Source: Minisyncoccota bacterium
GTDB lineage: Bacteria; Patescibacteriota; Minisyncoccia; Phycocordibacterales; Phycocordibacteraceae
Length of the DNA stretch: 64,000 nucleotides
Direction of reading: 5' to 3'
Assembly (NCBI GenBank): GCA_035548315.1
Contig: DASZTF010000148.1
Coordinates: forward strand, 21,292 to 85,291
The position numbers and the translations under genes were made by a program. The notes under the pieces were generated by a model. It was not told the origin of the DNA and ran no database searches. It saw only the letters and a list, made by a program, of their open reading frames with translations. The first letter of the stretch is position 1. Each line of letters starts with the position of its first letter. Shown here in pieces: positions 19,606-31,335 of the stretch.

Positions 19606-21296
19606 GGCGTGACGGAGTAGACGTAGAACGTGCGATTCCCCCCGTAGACCTTGGTGAAGTGCGGATTATTATCGAGCAGCATATTGAAGAGCGTGTACTG
19701 GTAAGAACTCACGATGTATGTGGCGTGGAATTTGTTCACAAGTATGCCCGCGATCGTGTTCCCTTCTTCACGTATCCACGCTGTTGTCGCTGGCGTGCCG
19801 GGGTGCCCATACGCGCCGACGGATTGCAAGTAGAGGTCGGGGCAATACTCGCTGTCGCATGCGATGCCGTAGTTGGACATATTATTCCATAGCCAGTAGA
19901 GCGTACTGTCGTACGTATAGAGGAATCGCGGTTCGATCCCGGCGACATAGTAATCGGCAGGACTCCAGTAGTAGAGCTGCGCGAACCAACTCCAATTCGC
20001 ATCGAAGATCACATCCCCCGGCTGCGTATGGTCAGCGAGCCAGGTACCCGTCCCTTCAAGCAATTGCACTGGACTGCCGTTATTAGCGAGCGAGGTGTTG
20101 AACGAGAGCATCGCGGTAATGAAAAGGTACCCAAGTGCGAGGAAGAGCCCCGCCTTGAGGTATGCGCCGAGCGTTTTCTCGACGGTCACGCGCGCGCGAA
20201 TGCTGTCGAGCGCGAGGATGAGGTAGAGTCCGAACAGCATCAGGAGGTAATCCCCGAAACGTCCGCTGATCAACACATCAGCAGCGAAGAATCCTCCAGC
20301 AAGAAACACGAGCGTGGCGCGGAGCGGCGCATGTTCATCGAGCACCGCGGAGGCCGCCTTATGAAACGTGTAGAGCCAGAGCTCGTAACAACACGCAATA
20401 ATCAGGAACGCGAAGAGGAGAGTGTTGTCGTGTATGTAGCCAAAGATGTCGATCGGGTATAGTTCCCCACCCTCCGGAATGCGGATCTGCTGGGTGACGG
20501 TGAGCACATCTCCAAAAATGATGTCGTGCAGGAATGCGAGAAATCCGGGCGCCATGAGCATGACGACCAGCACCGCTGCCGCTGTACCGCCAAGTACCCA
20601 CAGCAATCCCTTCCACGCTGCCCGCCCTCGGTAGAGTTGTTCGAACAGATAGTAGACCACCGCCGTGCATAACGGGAAGAAGAACGTCGCGTCGTACCAG
20701 TAGAGATACGCGAAACTAACGAGCGCCGCGAGCACATAGCGGCGTCGCTCAAGGCAGAGGATAAGTACGACTAGGAACGCGGGGGCTAGCACGTAGGGAC
20801 GCGAGAGGAAAAGCCGATAGATCGATGACGTGCTTGCGATAGAGAAAATGAACAGCACCCACAGGAATGCGTAGCGGATGTTGAAGAAGCGCGCGGCGAG
20901 ATAAAGCACGGTGAAAAAGAGACTCGCCGCCACGACCGCATAGAGCTTGATGCCGAGGTAGAGCGGCGTAAGGTACGTGAACGGAATGATAACGAGGTAG
21001 AACAGGAAATTGTAGTACGGGTAGTAAACCCCTTGAGCGATCTTCGAGAAATAGATCGCCTTGAAGTTCTGGAATGCGTTAAGAAAACCTTGTTCGCGCA
21101 TTTCGTAGGCAAATCGAAAGTGAAAGAAGTGGTCGTCTCCCGCGGAAAGAATGGTGTTCGGAAGATATATGATCGCGAAAATGACGAAGAAAAATGCGAA
21201 CACTGCGAGCGCAGAGAGGTACGGACGACGGCTGATGACCTGCGCGATAGTCTCTGGAATGCTGCCGATGAATGTCGTAATCGCGCGCAAGGTCAT
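19602..21296 (-). CDS. Multi-TM GT-C superfamily glycosyltransferase
   Basis: About 11-13 TM helices, GDDHFFH acidic motif after TM1, and a C-terminal soluble domain (WLADHTQPGDVIF); start reassigned. Confidence 0.75.
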   Translation of the reverse strand: MTLRAITTFIGSIPETIAQVISRRPYLSALAVFAFFFVIFAIIYLPNTILSAGDDHFFHFRFAYEMREQGFLNAFQNFKAIYFSKIAQGVYYPYYNFLFYLVIIPFTYLTPLYLGIKLYAVVAASLFFTVLYLAARFFNIRYAFLWVLFIFSIASTSSIYRLFLSRPYVLAPAFLVVLILCLERRRYVLAALVSFAYLYWYDATFFFPLCTAVVYYLFEQLYRGRAAWKGLLWVLGGTAAAVLVVMLMAPGFLAFLHDIIFGDVLTVTQQIRIPEGGELYPIDIFGYIHDNTLLFAFLIIACCYELWLYTFHKAASAVLDEHAPLRATLVFLAGGFFAADVLISGRFGDYLLMLFGLYLILALDSIRARVTVEKTLGAYLKAGLFLALGYLFITAMLSFNTSLANNGSPVQLLEGTGTWLADHTQPGDVIFDANWSWFAQLYYWSPADYYVAGIEPRFLYTYDSTLYWLWNNMSNYGIACDSEYCPDLYLQSVGAYGHPGTPATTAWIREEGNTIAGILVNKFHATYIVSSYQYTLFNMLLDNNPHFTKVYGGNRTFYVYSVTP

Positions 21297-21316
21297 GTAC
21301 GTCTCCTCAGCATACC

Positions 21317-21342
21317 AAAAGGCCGCCCGGGGGCGGCCTTTT
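21317..21342 (-). terminator. Intrinsic terminator after the major pilin gene
   Basis: AAAAGGCCGCCC-gg-GGGCGGCCTTTT. Confidence 0.75.
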
Positions 21343-21361
21343 GTTAACAGCAGCGGCTTGG

Positions 21362-21832
21362 TTAGAGGTTCGCGCACGCACCGCTCGTAATGGAGGCTGT
21401 GACGTTACCGTTCTCGAGGCGAGACTGGCCCGTCGAGTCCGCACACCAAGACTTGGTGGAATCAGAGATGAGCGGAGCAGCGACTGCCCAGGTGGAGTTA
21501 TTCGAATTGCAGGAGAGCGCACCACCCGCTGCCGATGCCGTGACGAGGCCCGCCATGCCGGAGTTGGTGTCCGTGAAGAGGTTGCTTGCCGCTGCGCAGT
21601 TACCCGTCGCGCCGTAGCTGTTGCTGTGGCTGCCGTAGTAAATCTCGGCTGCCGCGCGCATGCTCGAGAGCTGCTCCTGGACCTTGGCGTCCTGACCCTT
21701 GGAGCGCGCTGTCGAGAGGGATGCGAGCACCACTGCCGAGAGAATGCCGATGATGGCGATCACGACGAGAAGTTCGATGAGGGTGAAGCCTTTCATCGCC
21801 TTCTTCGGTGCGCCGGTAGATACGAGATTCAT
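21362..21832 (-). CDS. Type IV pilin, probable major subunit
   Basis: KGFTLIELLVVIAIIGILSAVVL and WCADSTG; has its own upstream region and a terminator, and is adjacent to pilC. Confidence 0.9.
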   Translation of the reverse strand: MNLVSTGAPKKAMKGFTLIELLVVIAIIGILSAVVLASLSTARSKGQDAKVQEQLSSMRAAAEIYYGSHSNSYGATGNCAAASNLFTDTNSGMAGLVTASAAGGALSCNSNNSTWAVAAPLISDSTKSWCADSTGQSRLENGNVTASITSGACANL

Positions 21833-21943
21833 AATGGTTCTAAAAGATAAGGTTACACGGATTAAATAATGTCCGCTCTAGGTATTGTACGCGAGAACAC
21901 AGGGGTGGCGCGCGTTAGTGTGGATAAGTACACATCGGCGCAC

Positions 21944-23149
21944 TTAAATAGAATTCGCGAGATTGTAGATAGGGATGAGCACTGAAGCGAGGAGGGTGCC
22001 CACGCCAAGACCGAGGAACACAATCATGAGCGGCTCGATAAGGTCGACGAGAGTGTCGACTGCCGTAGTAACCTCACGGCGGTAGAATTTCGCGAGGGTA
22101 GTGAGGATGTTGCCGAGCTCGCCGGTCTCTTCACCCACGCGGATCATGGCGATCATGATGCCCGGGACCTCGGCGTGCTTCCCGAGTGCGTCCGATACCG
22201 AAGCGCCGCCCTTCACGTCCTCACCGGTGCGGCGCAGGATGCCTTCGTAGGTCGCGCTGCCCACCACCGAGGCAGTGATGTCCACCGCTTCCACGACCGG
22301 CACGCCTGACACGAGCATGGTCGCGAAGTTATCCGCGATGCGCGAGAGGTAGAGCTTTTTGTAGAGGTCGCCCAAGTAAGGCACGTTGAGCTTCAAATTA
22401 TCGAAGAAGTACTTCCCGCTCGGCGTCTGCGCCGAGCGCCAGGCGAAGAACGCTCCGATCGCGATTGCGATGACGATTACTACGCCAAAGTGCACGAAGA
22501 AGTTTGAGATGCCGATCACGATCTGTGTATAGATCGGGATCGGCTGGCCGGAATCGGTGATGATCGTCGCGATGTGCGGGATCACGAGCGTCATCATGAG
22601 CCCCATCACCACCACGAAGGTGAGGATCACGAACGCCGGGTAGATAAGTGCGTTCTGCGCCTTATTCATGACTTCGTAGGTACGGTCGAGGTAGTCGGCG
22701 AGGTAGCCGAAGATCTCGGAGAGCTTACCTGCCTCTTCACCTGAGCGAACCATGTTCACGTAAAACGGGCTGAAGACCTTGGGGTGACGCGCGAGCGCCT
22801 TGCTGATCGGACTACCGCCTTGAAGGTCGTCGGCGACCTGGGTGAGGATCTCCGCCAAGTGTCGGTTATCGACTTCCGCAGCAAGCAGGCGGAACACGCG
22901 CAGTGCAGAGACCTGCGCCTCAAACAGCGTGGCGATCTGTCGCGAGAGAATCACCACCTCTTTATTGGAGACGCTCTTGAAGAACGGGAGCTCCATTTCA
23001 AGAGCTGACTTTTGGTTCGCCGGCGCTATAGAGGAGACGATGAGGTTACGACGCTGGAGTGTGGAGACGGCGACATCCATCGAGAGCGCCTCCACGGTTC
23101 CCTCGCGTTCGTGCCCATCCTGGTCCAGTGCTCGGTAGGTAAACAACAT
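21944..23149 (-). CDS. pilC: Type IV pilus platform protein (T2SS F family)
   Basis: SRQIATLF, MVRSGEEAGKL, ALIYP, MIRVGEETGEL, LIEP. Confidence 0.95.
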   Translation of the reverse strand: MLFTYRALDQDGHEREGTVEALSMDVAVSTLQRRNLIVSSIAPANQKSALEMELPFFKSVSNKEVVILSRQIATLFEAQVSALRVFRLLAAEVDNRHLAEILTQVADDLQGGSPISKALARHPKVFSPFYVNMVRSGEEAGKLSEIFGYLADYLDRTYEVMNKAQNALIYPAFVILTFVVVMGLMMTLVIPHIATIITDSGQPIPIYTQIVIGISNFFVHFGVVIVIAIAIGAFFAWRSAQTPSGKYFFDNLKLNVPYLGDLYKKLYLSRIADNFATMLVSGVPVVEAVDITASVVGSATYEGILRRTGEDVKGGASVSDALGKHAEVPGIMIAMIRVGEETGELGNILTTLAKFYRREVTTAVDTLVDLIEPLMIVFLGLGVGTLLASVLIPIYNLANSI

Positions 23150-23152
23150 AGA

Positions 23153-24214
23153 TTAGAGGTAGCGCTCGAAGGTCTTGCGGTCGGTGGCGCGCTCGTACGC
23201 ATTCTCGACCGTCACTTCCCCACGGCGCACGAGCTCGGCGAGCGAGCGATCCATATCAATCATGCCCTCCTGGCTGCTCGTCTGCACGACCGCGGTAATC
23301 TCGTGCGTGCGGCCCTCGCGGATGAGGTTCGCGATCGCACTATTGTTAATGAGGAATTCGTACGCCGGGATGAGGCCGCCTGAGATGCGCGGCACGAGGC
23401 GCTGGCTGAAGATACCCACGAGTGAGCCAGCGAGCTGTACGCGCACCTGCGCCTGCTGCTCCGGCGGAAAGATGTCGATGATGCGGTCGATGGTCTGCGC
23501 GGCGTTATTCGTGTGGAGGGTCGAGAGCACCAAGTGACCCGTCTCGGCGGCGGTGACCGCAGACGAGACCGTCTCGGGGTCACGCATTTCTCCCACCATG
23601 AGCACGTTCACGTCTTCGCGGAATGCCGACACGAGCGCGGTATGGAAATCGGGCGCGTCCACGAACACCTCGCGCTGGTGGATGAGCGACTTTTTCTCTT
23701 CAAAAAGATACTCGATCGGGTCCTCGATGGTCACGATGTGCTCGGCGCGGGTGGAATTGATGCGGTCGATGATTGCGGCGAGCGTCGTCGATTTTCCCTG
23801 TCCCACCGGACCTACCACGAGGAAGAATCCCTGCTGACGCTGGGTGAAGACTTCGAGCACCGGCGGGAGGTTGAGGTCGGCGAAGGTGCGGATGTCTTTC
23901 GGGATGAGGCGCATCGCGATGGCGATGCGACCCTGCACCACGTACCCGTTCACGCGAAAGCGCGACCCTTCGGTGTGCTGGTAGGAGAAGTCGATCGATT
24001 GTGTCGCCTCAAATTTATCCCAGCGGTTCTCGGGGAGCATCGCCCGCAGGATTTTCTCCGCCTCTTCAGCAGAAATAGAGTCTTCGCGTAGTAGCGGCAC
24101 GAGCGCGCCCGAGACGCGGATGATCGGGCGCTGCCCGCTCGTCATGTGGAGGTCGGAACCGCCTTCCTTCACGACGGTGTCGAGGAGGCGCGGGAGGCGT
24201 TCAGCGGTGCTCAT
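23153..24214 (-). CDS. pilT: Pilus retraction ATPase
   Basis: GPVGQGKSTT, TIEDPIE, VGEMRD, AAETGHLVLSTLHT. Confidence 0.95.
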   Translation of the reverse strand: MSTAERLPRLLDTVVKEGGSDLHMTSGQRPIIRVSGALVPLLREDSISAEEAEKILRAMLPENRWDKFEATQSIDFSYQHTEGSRFRVNGYVVQGRIAIAMRLIPKDIRTFADLNLPPVLEVFTQRQQGFFLVVGPVGQGKSTTLAAIIDRINSTRAEHIVTIEDPIEYLFEEKKSLIHQREVFVDAPDFHTALVSAFREDVNVLMVGEMRDPETVSSAVTAAETGHLVLSTLHTNNAAQTIDRIIDIFPPEQQAQVRVQLAGSLVGIFSQRLVPRISGGLIPAYEFLINNSAIANLIREGRTHEITAVVQTSSQEGMIDMDRSLAELVRRGEVTVENAYERATDRKTFERYL

Positions 24215-24594
24215 GATTTTCCTTCGATGAGGTTGATAGTCTGGGTGAGCACTTCAGAAGGGATGGCGGACGCCTTTACGATGTATCCGGCGGCGCCGAG
24301 CGCCTTGGCCTTCTCGATGTCGGCATCCTGACCCTGGTTACTGAGCACGATCACTTTGGTCGTGGGCGGCACCAGCTTGTCCTTGCGGATCGCTTCGAGT
24401 ACTTGAAATCCGTCCATGCCGGGCATAATAATGTCGAGCAAAATTGCATCTGGTGCAGGTTTTTCCCGAAGCGTTTTCAGGAGTTCCTCCCCGCCTTGGT
24501 GCGCGACCGCCTCGTGCCCCGCTGCTTTGAATTTGAGCGCGTACATGTCGAGGAGGAAGTGATCATCGTCGACGAGGTAGATACGGTAGCTCAT
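24211..24594 (-). CDS. Single-domain response regulator (REC)
   Basis: LVDDD, LLDIIMPGMDG, LSN, YIVKA. Confidence 0.92.
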   Translation of the reverse strand: MSYRIYLVDDDHFLLDMYALKFKAAGHEAVAHQGGEELLKTLREKPAPDAILLDIIMPGMDGFQVLEAIRKDKLVPPTTKVIVLSNQGQDADIEKAKALGAAGYIVKASAIPSEVLTQTINLIEGKS

Positions 24595-24603
24595 GCCTTC
24601 ATG

Positions 24604-26352
<1,749 letters not shown>

Positions 26353-26421
26353 GACTTCATCATACCGCACCCGCATACCTCGCACGGAGCCGCGGAACGG
26401 GGGTGAGTGAATTACGTACCG

Positions 26422-26721
26422 TTATTTGGTTGAAACACCGCTGATCGGCGCAAACGGGTCGTGACGACCAGTAGTCTCTGGCAGGATCGCCGTGCGAATG
26501 TCGGTGAGCGCCGCAAACCGTGGGTCATCGAGCACGCTCGTGTCGAAGGAAATATCGCTCAGTTCTCCCGAAAGATTTACGAAGAAGAGTTCTTCGGGCG
26601 AACTCGTCGTGCCGCTCGTAAGATCGGGGCTCGCACTCTTATCAAAGAAGATGAGGTACACCACCGCCAGGATGACTACCGCGCCGAGCCCTATGATGAT
26701 GCCTTTGTTTTTCGCCAACAT
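26422..26721 (-). CDS. Small membrane-anchored pilus alignment protein (PilP-position)
   Basis: N-terminal TM and C-terminal GRHDPFAP (RDPF motif). Confidence 0.7.
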   Translation of the reverse strand: MLAKNKGIIIGLGAVVILAVVYLIFFDKSASPDLTSGTTSSPEELFFVNLSGELSDISFDTSVLDDPRFAALTDIRTAILPETTGRHDPFAPISGVSTK

Positions 26722-26722
26722 A

Positions 26723-27277
26723 TTAGTGGAGCCAATAAATCTTAAAGGTCACCTGGTAGGTGTACACGCCGGTGTCGGAATCGGTGACCGACAGCTGCGA
26801 GACATCGAGCGGACGCAGGCTCTGCTCCACCCCCGCGAGGAATGCACGGAACCCGTCGTAGGAACCCGTCGCCGAGACCGACAACGTGAGGGAATCCACG
26901 AGCGGCCCCGAGTTCGGCGCGGTCTGTGTTTGTGCGTTCGCGTCGGTGCCATTGGCACCCGTCGGGGTGGCGAAATTAGAGAGCGTCACCCCAGAGCGCG
27001 TCGCGAGCGCATTGAGGTCGAGGATGAGCTGGACGTTATCCACGCTATCGGGGAGAAATACGTTGAGACGGTTCAGCTGATCCGCAGGGATCGCGTCGCG
27101 TTCCTGCTCGAGCTTTGCTTCGTTATCCGAGAAATTCGAGGCCGCAGTGAGTGCTGCATCGTAGCTCGCGATGTCGGCCTTCGCCTGTGCGATCTGCCCT
27201 TCCCAGGTGGGACGCACGTACCCAAAGATGAGCGCGATGGCGAGCAGTATGAAAATGAATGGCATCAGGCGGCTCAT
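26723..27277 (-). CDS. pilO: PilO-like protein
   Basis: TM, coiled coil, FLPD, GSYDGFRAFLAGVEQSLR. Confidence 0.85.
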   Translation of the reverse strand: MSRLMPFIFILLAIALIFGYVRPTWEGQIAQAKADIASYDAALTAASNFSDNEAKLEQERDAIPADQLNRLNVFLPDSVDNVQLILDLNALATRSGVTLSNFATPTGANGTDANAQTQTAPNSGPLVDSLTLSVSATGSYDGFRAFLAGVEQSLRPLDVSQLSVTDSDTGVYTYQVTFKIYWLH

Positions 27278-27945
27278 GGTGTGGTGGTAGCGGTAGAGGT
27301 CGCCTGTGTCGTGTCGGTCGTCGTTGCTGCCTCTGCCGGTGCCGCAACGCTCCAGCTCGCAGGAAGCGTCGGGGGGATGTCGACGAGGCGTGGATCGAGC
27401 ACTGCGTTCAGCGTGAAGGTAACCACGCCCTTATCATCTGCTGTAATGCCAGAGAATATTGCCTGCTTGATGAGCGGCTGCGTCGCGAATGCTGCAGACT
27501 GCGCGGCGAGCGCATTAAAGGTCTTTGCCGTCCCGGTCATGTGGACGGCTGCGCTGTGGTCCTCACCCACCGTGATCTGCATATTGGTGAAGCGCACGTC
27601 GGTGAGCGTGAGCGAGCTAAGGTCATCGAGGAATTGCGACATGAGCACGTGCTGGCTCAGCACCGTCTGAGCCTGAGTGAGCCGATCGCGCAGTCGAATA
27701 AAACTGTCCACCGTGCTTTCGCTTACCGATGATTCCGCTTGCTTGAGCGCTGCCGCCTTCTGAGCAGTCTCGCTCTCGAGAAGGTGAGCGTAGGCAAAGA
27801 CGCCGATAGCGATAATGATCGCGATACCAGCGATGATAAGCGAGACGATGAGGAACATGTTGTTCCCGCTCTCCATTTGCCGTGGATGCATTTCCACGGG
27901 TTGCTTGGGCACAAACGAGGTCGGAATACTGGGAGGTACAGCCAC
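27274..27945 (-). CDS. PilN-like protein
   Basis: TM plus coiled coil plus ferredoxin-like C-terminus; lies between pilM and pilO; GTG start after TATACT. Confidence 0.75.
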   Translation of the reverse strand: MAVPPSIPTSFVPKQPVEMHPRQMESGNNMFLIVSLIIAGIAIIIAIGVFAYAHLLESETAQKAAALKQAESSVSESTVDSFIRLRDRLTQAQTVLSQHVLMSQFLDDLSSLTLTDVRFTNMQITVGEDHSAAVHMTGTAKTFNALAAQSAAFATQPLIKQAIFSGITADDKGVVTFTLNAVLDPRLVDIPPTLPASWSVAAPAEAATTTDTTQATSTATTTP

Positions 27946-28015
27946 GCTCTTTAGTATAGAGGTCGGCGCGCAAGAGAGCGACGGCTTATACACAGCCTCC
28001 GCAATGCTGTGGGCC

Positions 28016-29110
28016 TTACGCGTCCTCCAGCTTGCGCAGCGCGAGCCCCACCGCGACGGCAAATTCAGGACCAATTTCCTGGAGGAGCGGACGCATGAAC
28101 GCTGGCGCGTCTGTCTTGCCAAACGGGTCGGCAAGCCGTACGTCGACCGCGAAGAATGACTTAGCGTACGTGGCAAGCGCCTTGGTTACTCCTCCCCCGC
28201 CCGTGAGGATAATAGCGGTAACGGCAGTCTGACGGCTCGTCTCGAACTGTCCAAGCACGCGACGCGCTTCATCGAAAATTCGTGAGAACACGAGTTCTAT
28301 CGATTTCTGATCGTAGGCGTCTACCGGCGGGTCGGCAAATCCGTGCGCCTTTTTGAGTGCTTCGGCTTTCTCAATCGTGAGCCCGTGCGCGTTCGCAATG
28401 GTGCGGGTGACGTCCTGGCCACCCTGCGGGATGTTATGCGAGAGCGCCACGACACCGTGCTCGACGATATACGCTTTCGTGGCGGACGCGCCGATATCGA
28501 GTACCATGACCGGCTTTACCGGTTCGTCCACGACCGAACGTATTGTGCTGAATATCTCGATTTCATAAAACGACGCTGCGAGGTTCGCCCCCGCGACAAT
28601 GGCCTGGAGTTGCTGGAGTTCATCATTCTGCACCGCCACGAGTAGTACTTTTACTTTGGAGGGAAGCTGTGCACCTTCAGCAACGGGCTCGGGAACGATG
28701 AACCAATCGAGCTGCACTTCGGAAACCGGCACCGGGATGTACTTGCGCGCTTCAAATTCGATCACGGTCTTTTGTTCTTCGGGCTTGTCACGGCGCGGGA
28801 GTTCGATCAGTGTGAGCAGCGACCGAGAGAACGGGATCGAAATGCCCGCGTCGTTCGTGGTCACGTTCGACTCGCGCATGAGATCGGTGAGTGTCTCCGC
28901 GACCTTTTCTGCGGGAAGGTTGGTAGCCTGCCCTACATCGGCGCCACCATAGGGCCCGAGCGCGAGCTCGCCGTACGTCTCGAGAATCGCGCGTCCCTCT
29001 TGCTTGCGCAGCTGCACGACCTTGAGCGACGACGAGCCAATGTCGACGCCGATAACGCTGCCGATTTTCCGCTTCTTCGTGCTTAAAAGAAGATCAGAAA
29101 GAAAACTCAT
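28016..29110 (-). CDS. pilM: PilM actin-like ATPase
   Basis: GVDIGSSSLKVV, LDIGAS, ILTGGG, AVAVGLALR. Confidence 0.93.
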   Translation of the reverse strand: MSFLSDLLLSTKKRKIGSVIGVDIGSSSLKVVQLRKQEGRAILETYGELALGPYGGADVGQATNLPAEKVAETLTDLMRESNVTTNDAGISIPFSRSLLTLIELPRRDKPEEQKTVIEFEARKYIPVPVSEVQLDWFIVPEPVAEGAQLPSKVKVLLVAVQNDELQQLQAIVAGANLAASFYEIEIFSTIRSVVDEPVKPVMVLDIGASATKAYIVEHGVVALSHNIPQGGQDVTRTIANAHGLTIEKAEALKKAHGFADPPVDAYDQKSIELVFSRIFDEARRVLGQFETSRQTAVTAIILTGGGGVTKALATYAKSFFAVDVRLADPFGKTDAPAFMRPLLQEIGPEFAVAVGLALRKLEDA

Positions 29111-29137
29111 GGTGCCAGTATACTATGTAGGTACGGC

Positions 29138-29773
29138 ATGTATCCGCTCGCATGGATCGCCCGTGTGCTTGATGTTGTATTCCCGCCGCGCGCGGATGCA
29201 TTGCTTGTGCGGGAAGCACAGCCGGGATCCCTCGCAGCACTCCTGCGGCCAGAACTCATCGAGACCACCCGTCCCTACGTCACGGCGCTCGCCTCCTTCA
29301 TGGACCCTCTCACCCGTGCGCTCGTGCGAGAAGCAAAATATCACGCGAACGAGCGCGCGCAGTTCTTCCTCGCGCAACTTTTACGCGAGTACCTGCGTGA
29401 AATCGCGACCGACACGTATGAAACAGCCGTTATTATTCCGATACCCCTTTCCCCCGCTCGTCTGCGTGAGCGCGGCTTCAACCAATGCGAAGTCATCGCT
29501 CGTCATGCCCTCGGGTCGGGTGATCTGCCCCTTACCATAGATGCACGCGCGCTGGTGCGGATGCGGGACACCGAGCACCAAGCGCGGCTCTCGAGAGCCG
29601 CGCGCCTGCGGAATGTAGTCGACGCATTCGAAGCGACGCGTGCCCTCGATCCCCACACTACCTATCTCTTATTTGATGACGTCGTCACCACGGGCGCGAC
29701 ACTTGGGGCTGCAGCAAAAGCGCTCCGCGCCCGTGGCGCGAAGCGCATTCTGCCGATTGCGCTTGCGCGCTAG
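29138..29773 (+). CDS. comF: ComF-family competence phosphoribosyltransferase-like protein
   Basis: PIPLS..RLRERGFNQ, LFDDVVTTGATL. Confidence 0.92.
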   Translation: MYPLAWIARVLDVVFPPRADALLVREAQPGSLAALLRPELIETTRPYVTALASFMDPLTRALVREAKYHANERAQFFLAQLLREYLREIATDTYETAVIIPIPLSPARLRERGFNQCEVIARHALGSGDLPLTIDARALVRMRDTEHQARLSRAARLRNVVDAFEATRALDPHTTYLLFDDVVTTGATLGAAAKALRARGAKRILPIALAR

Positions 29774-30309
29774 CGGGTGTAGGTGAACTTCGCCCCGTCT
29801 GCGTTGTTCGTGACAAGTGCGATCATCGGACCCGAAAGTTCATATATGTAGCCCTTGTGGACCGCGAACAGTGTCGAGGTGCCATCTACCTTCTCTACGA
29901 ACGCTGGCTCACCACCGAGCGCTATATCGCTGAACACGGCGCTGCTGTGCTGCTTTGCTTCTGCGTCTTTGATCGCCGCAAGTGTCTTGAGGCCCGAGTT
30001 CACCTCTACCATGACGGAAGTGTGTGCTGCTGCTTCTGCACTTCCGGTCGAGAATTCCACGTGGGTATCGTCTGCGCTTACCACGTGCCACGCGATCGGC
30101 AGTACGATGGAGAACCCGAGCTGCGGGTTCGTGTACGTAGTAGCGGTCGGCTGCACCGCCACCGGCGCTGGTTCAGAAGCGGCCGGCGTCGTGGTAGCCG
30201 TATCCGTACCCATGGTGGTGTCCGCTGACGGAGCAATGTAGTAATACGCAATGACGAGGACAAAAATGCCGGCGATAATAAGGCCGGTGATCTGCTGATT
30301 GTTTTTCAT
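29770..30309 (-). CDS. Membrane-anchored PsbP-like protein
   Basis: TM, T/P linker, TYTNPQLGFSIVLP..W. Confidence 0.65.
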   Translation of the reverse strand: MKNNQQITGLIIAGIFVLVIAYYYIAPSADTTMGTDTATTTPAASEPAPVAVQPTATTYTNPQLGFSIVLPIAWHVVSADDTHVEFSTGSAEAAAHTSVMVEVNSGLKTLAAIKDAEAKQHSSAVFSDIALGGEPAFVEKVDGTSTLFAVHKGYIYELSGPMIALVTNNADGAKFTYTR

Positions 30310-30407
30310 GACTTCACTTTCGTATGAAGGAGGTGTGAAGGTCAACAACCCTCTGGGGATACCGATGCTAGAATGGGGGCATTACGAAGGATTATCCGAC
30401 CATCCGC

Positions 30408-30908
30408 ATGAAAACCATTGTTGCCATTATTGTCGTGCTGATTCTCGCTGCAGGCGCCTACGCGCTCTTCCATACACAGACACCCGCACCGACGACGTCA
30501 ACCGCAACCACGACCGAAGTTATGGCCACCACAACCGATACGAGTAACGATGTGAGCGCGAGCGCCTCGGCTGATGCATCGGTGAGCGTGGGGACTCCGG
30601 TCACCATAACCTATGACGGCACGTCATTCTCCCCTGCTTCGGTCACCATAAAGCAAGGCCAGAGTGTGACATTCGTGAACAAGAGCTCGTCCCCGATGTG
30701 GGTCGCGAGCGATCCGCATCCGATACACAACGGCTACGACGGCACGACCCGCGACGAACACTGTGCACCAGGGTACACGGGCCCAGCGCCGTTTGATGAA
30801 TGCAGCACGGCAACGAGCTATACGTTCACATTCACCAAGGTCGGCAGATGGGGCTATCACAACCACGCGAACCACGCAGCGGCTGGCACAATCACCGTCG
30901 CACAGTAG
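30408..30908 (+). CDS. Membrane-anchored cupredoxin-domain protein
   Basis: FSPASVTIKQGQSVTFVN, ASDPHPIH, YTFTFTKVG.WGYHNH. Confidence 0.85.
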   Translation: MKTIVAIIVVLILAAGAYALFHTQTPAPTTSTATTTEVMATTTDTSNDVSASASADASVSVGTPVTITYDGTSFSPASVTIKQGQSVTFVNKSSSPMWVASDPHPIHNGYDGTTRDEHCAPGYTGPAPFDECSTATSYTFTFTKVGRWGYHNHANHAAAGTITVAQ

Positions 30909-30913
30909 CTTCT

Positions 30914-31282
30914 ATGAGAACGGCAGCTGATTGGGTGCTTCGTATCGCGCTTGCATTTTCATTCCTCTATCCACCAGTAAACGCGTGGGGTAATCCGTTC
31001 TCTTGGCTTGGGTATGTCCCCCACGTTGCCACGCAGTTGTGGCCGTTCGGTGACTTCTCCCTACTCCACACCTTCGGCGCTCTCGAGATCATACTTGCGG
31101 TGTGGCTGCTTTCCGGGTGGCGTGTATGGATTCCTGCGACGCTCATGGGACTCATCCTGCTTGTGATCGTGGGGACGAACCTCGACCAGTTCGAGGTGCT
31201 GTTCCGCGACGTGAGCATCGCGGGACTTGCGTTCGCGGTCGCGCTTATGCACGCGCCGCGGCACATCGGCCACGTTGCCTAA
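30914..31282 (+). CDS. DoxX-like membrane protein
   Basis: VLRIALAFSFLY, FGALEI, FRDVSI. Confidence 0.75.
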   Translation: MRTAADWVLRIALAFSFLYPPVNAWGNPFSWLGYVPHVATQLWPFGDFSLLHTFGALEIILAVWLLSGWRVWIPATLMGLILLVIVGTNLDQFEVLFRDVSIAGLAFAVALMHAPRHIGHVA

Positions 31283-31302
31283 ATATTCCGTCATGGGTAA
31301 CG

Positions 31303-31328
31303 ACAAAGGCCGCGTACGCGGCCTTTGT
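31303..31328. terminator. Bidirectional terminator (perfect 26-bp palindrome)
   Basis: ACAAAGGCCGCGTACGCGGCCTTTGT between DoxX and the convergent tRNA-Ser. Confidence 0.7.
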
Positions 31329-31335
31329 TCTTGTG

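Noticed and set aside
17442-21832. Pilin antigenic-variation (silent cassette) system
   Set aside because: All three pilin paralogues are full length with their own starts, and no recombinase or shared flanking repeats are visible.
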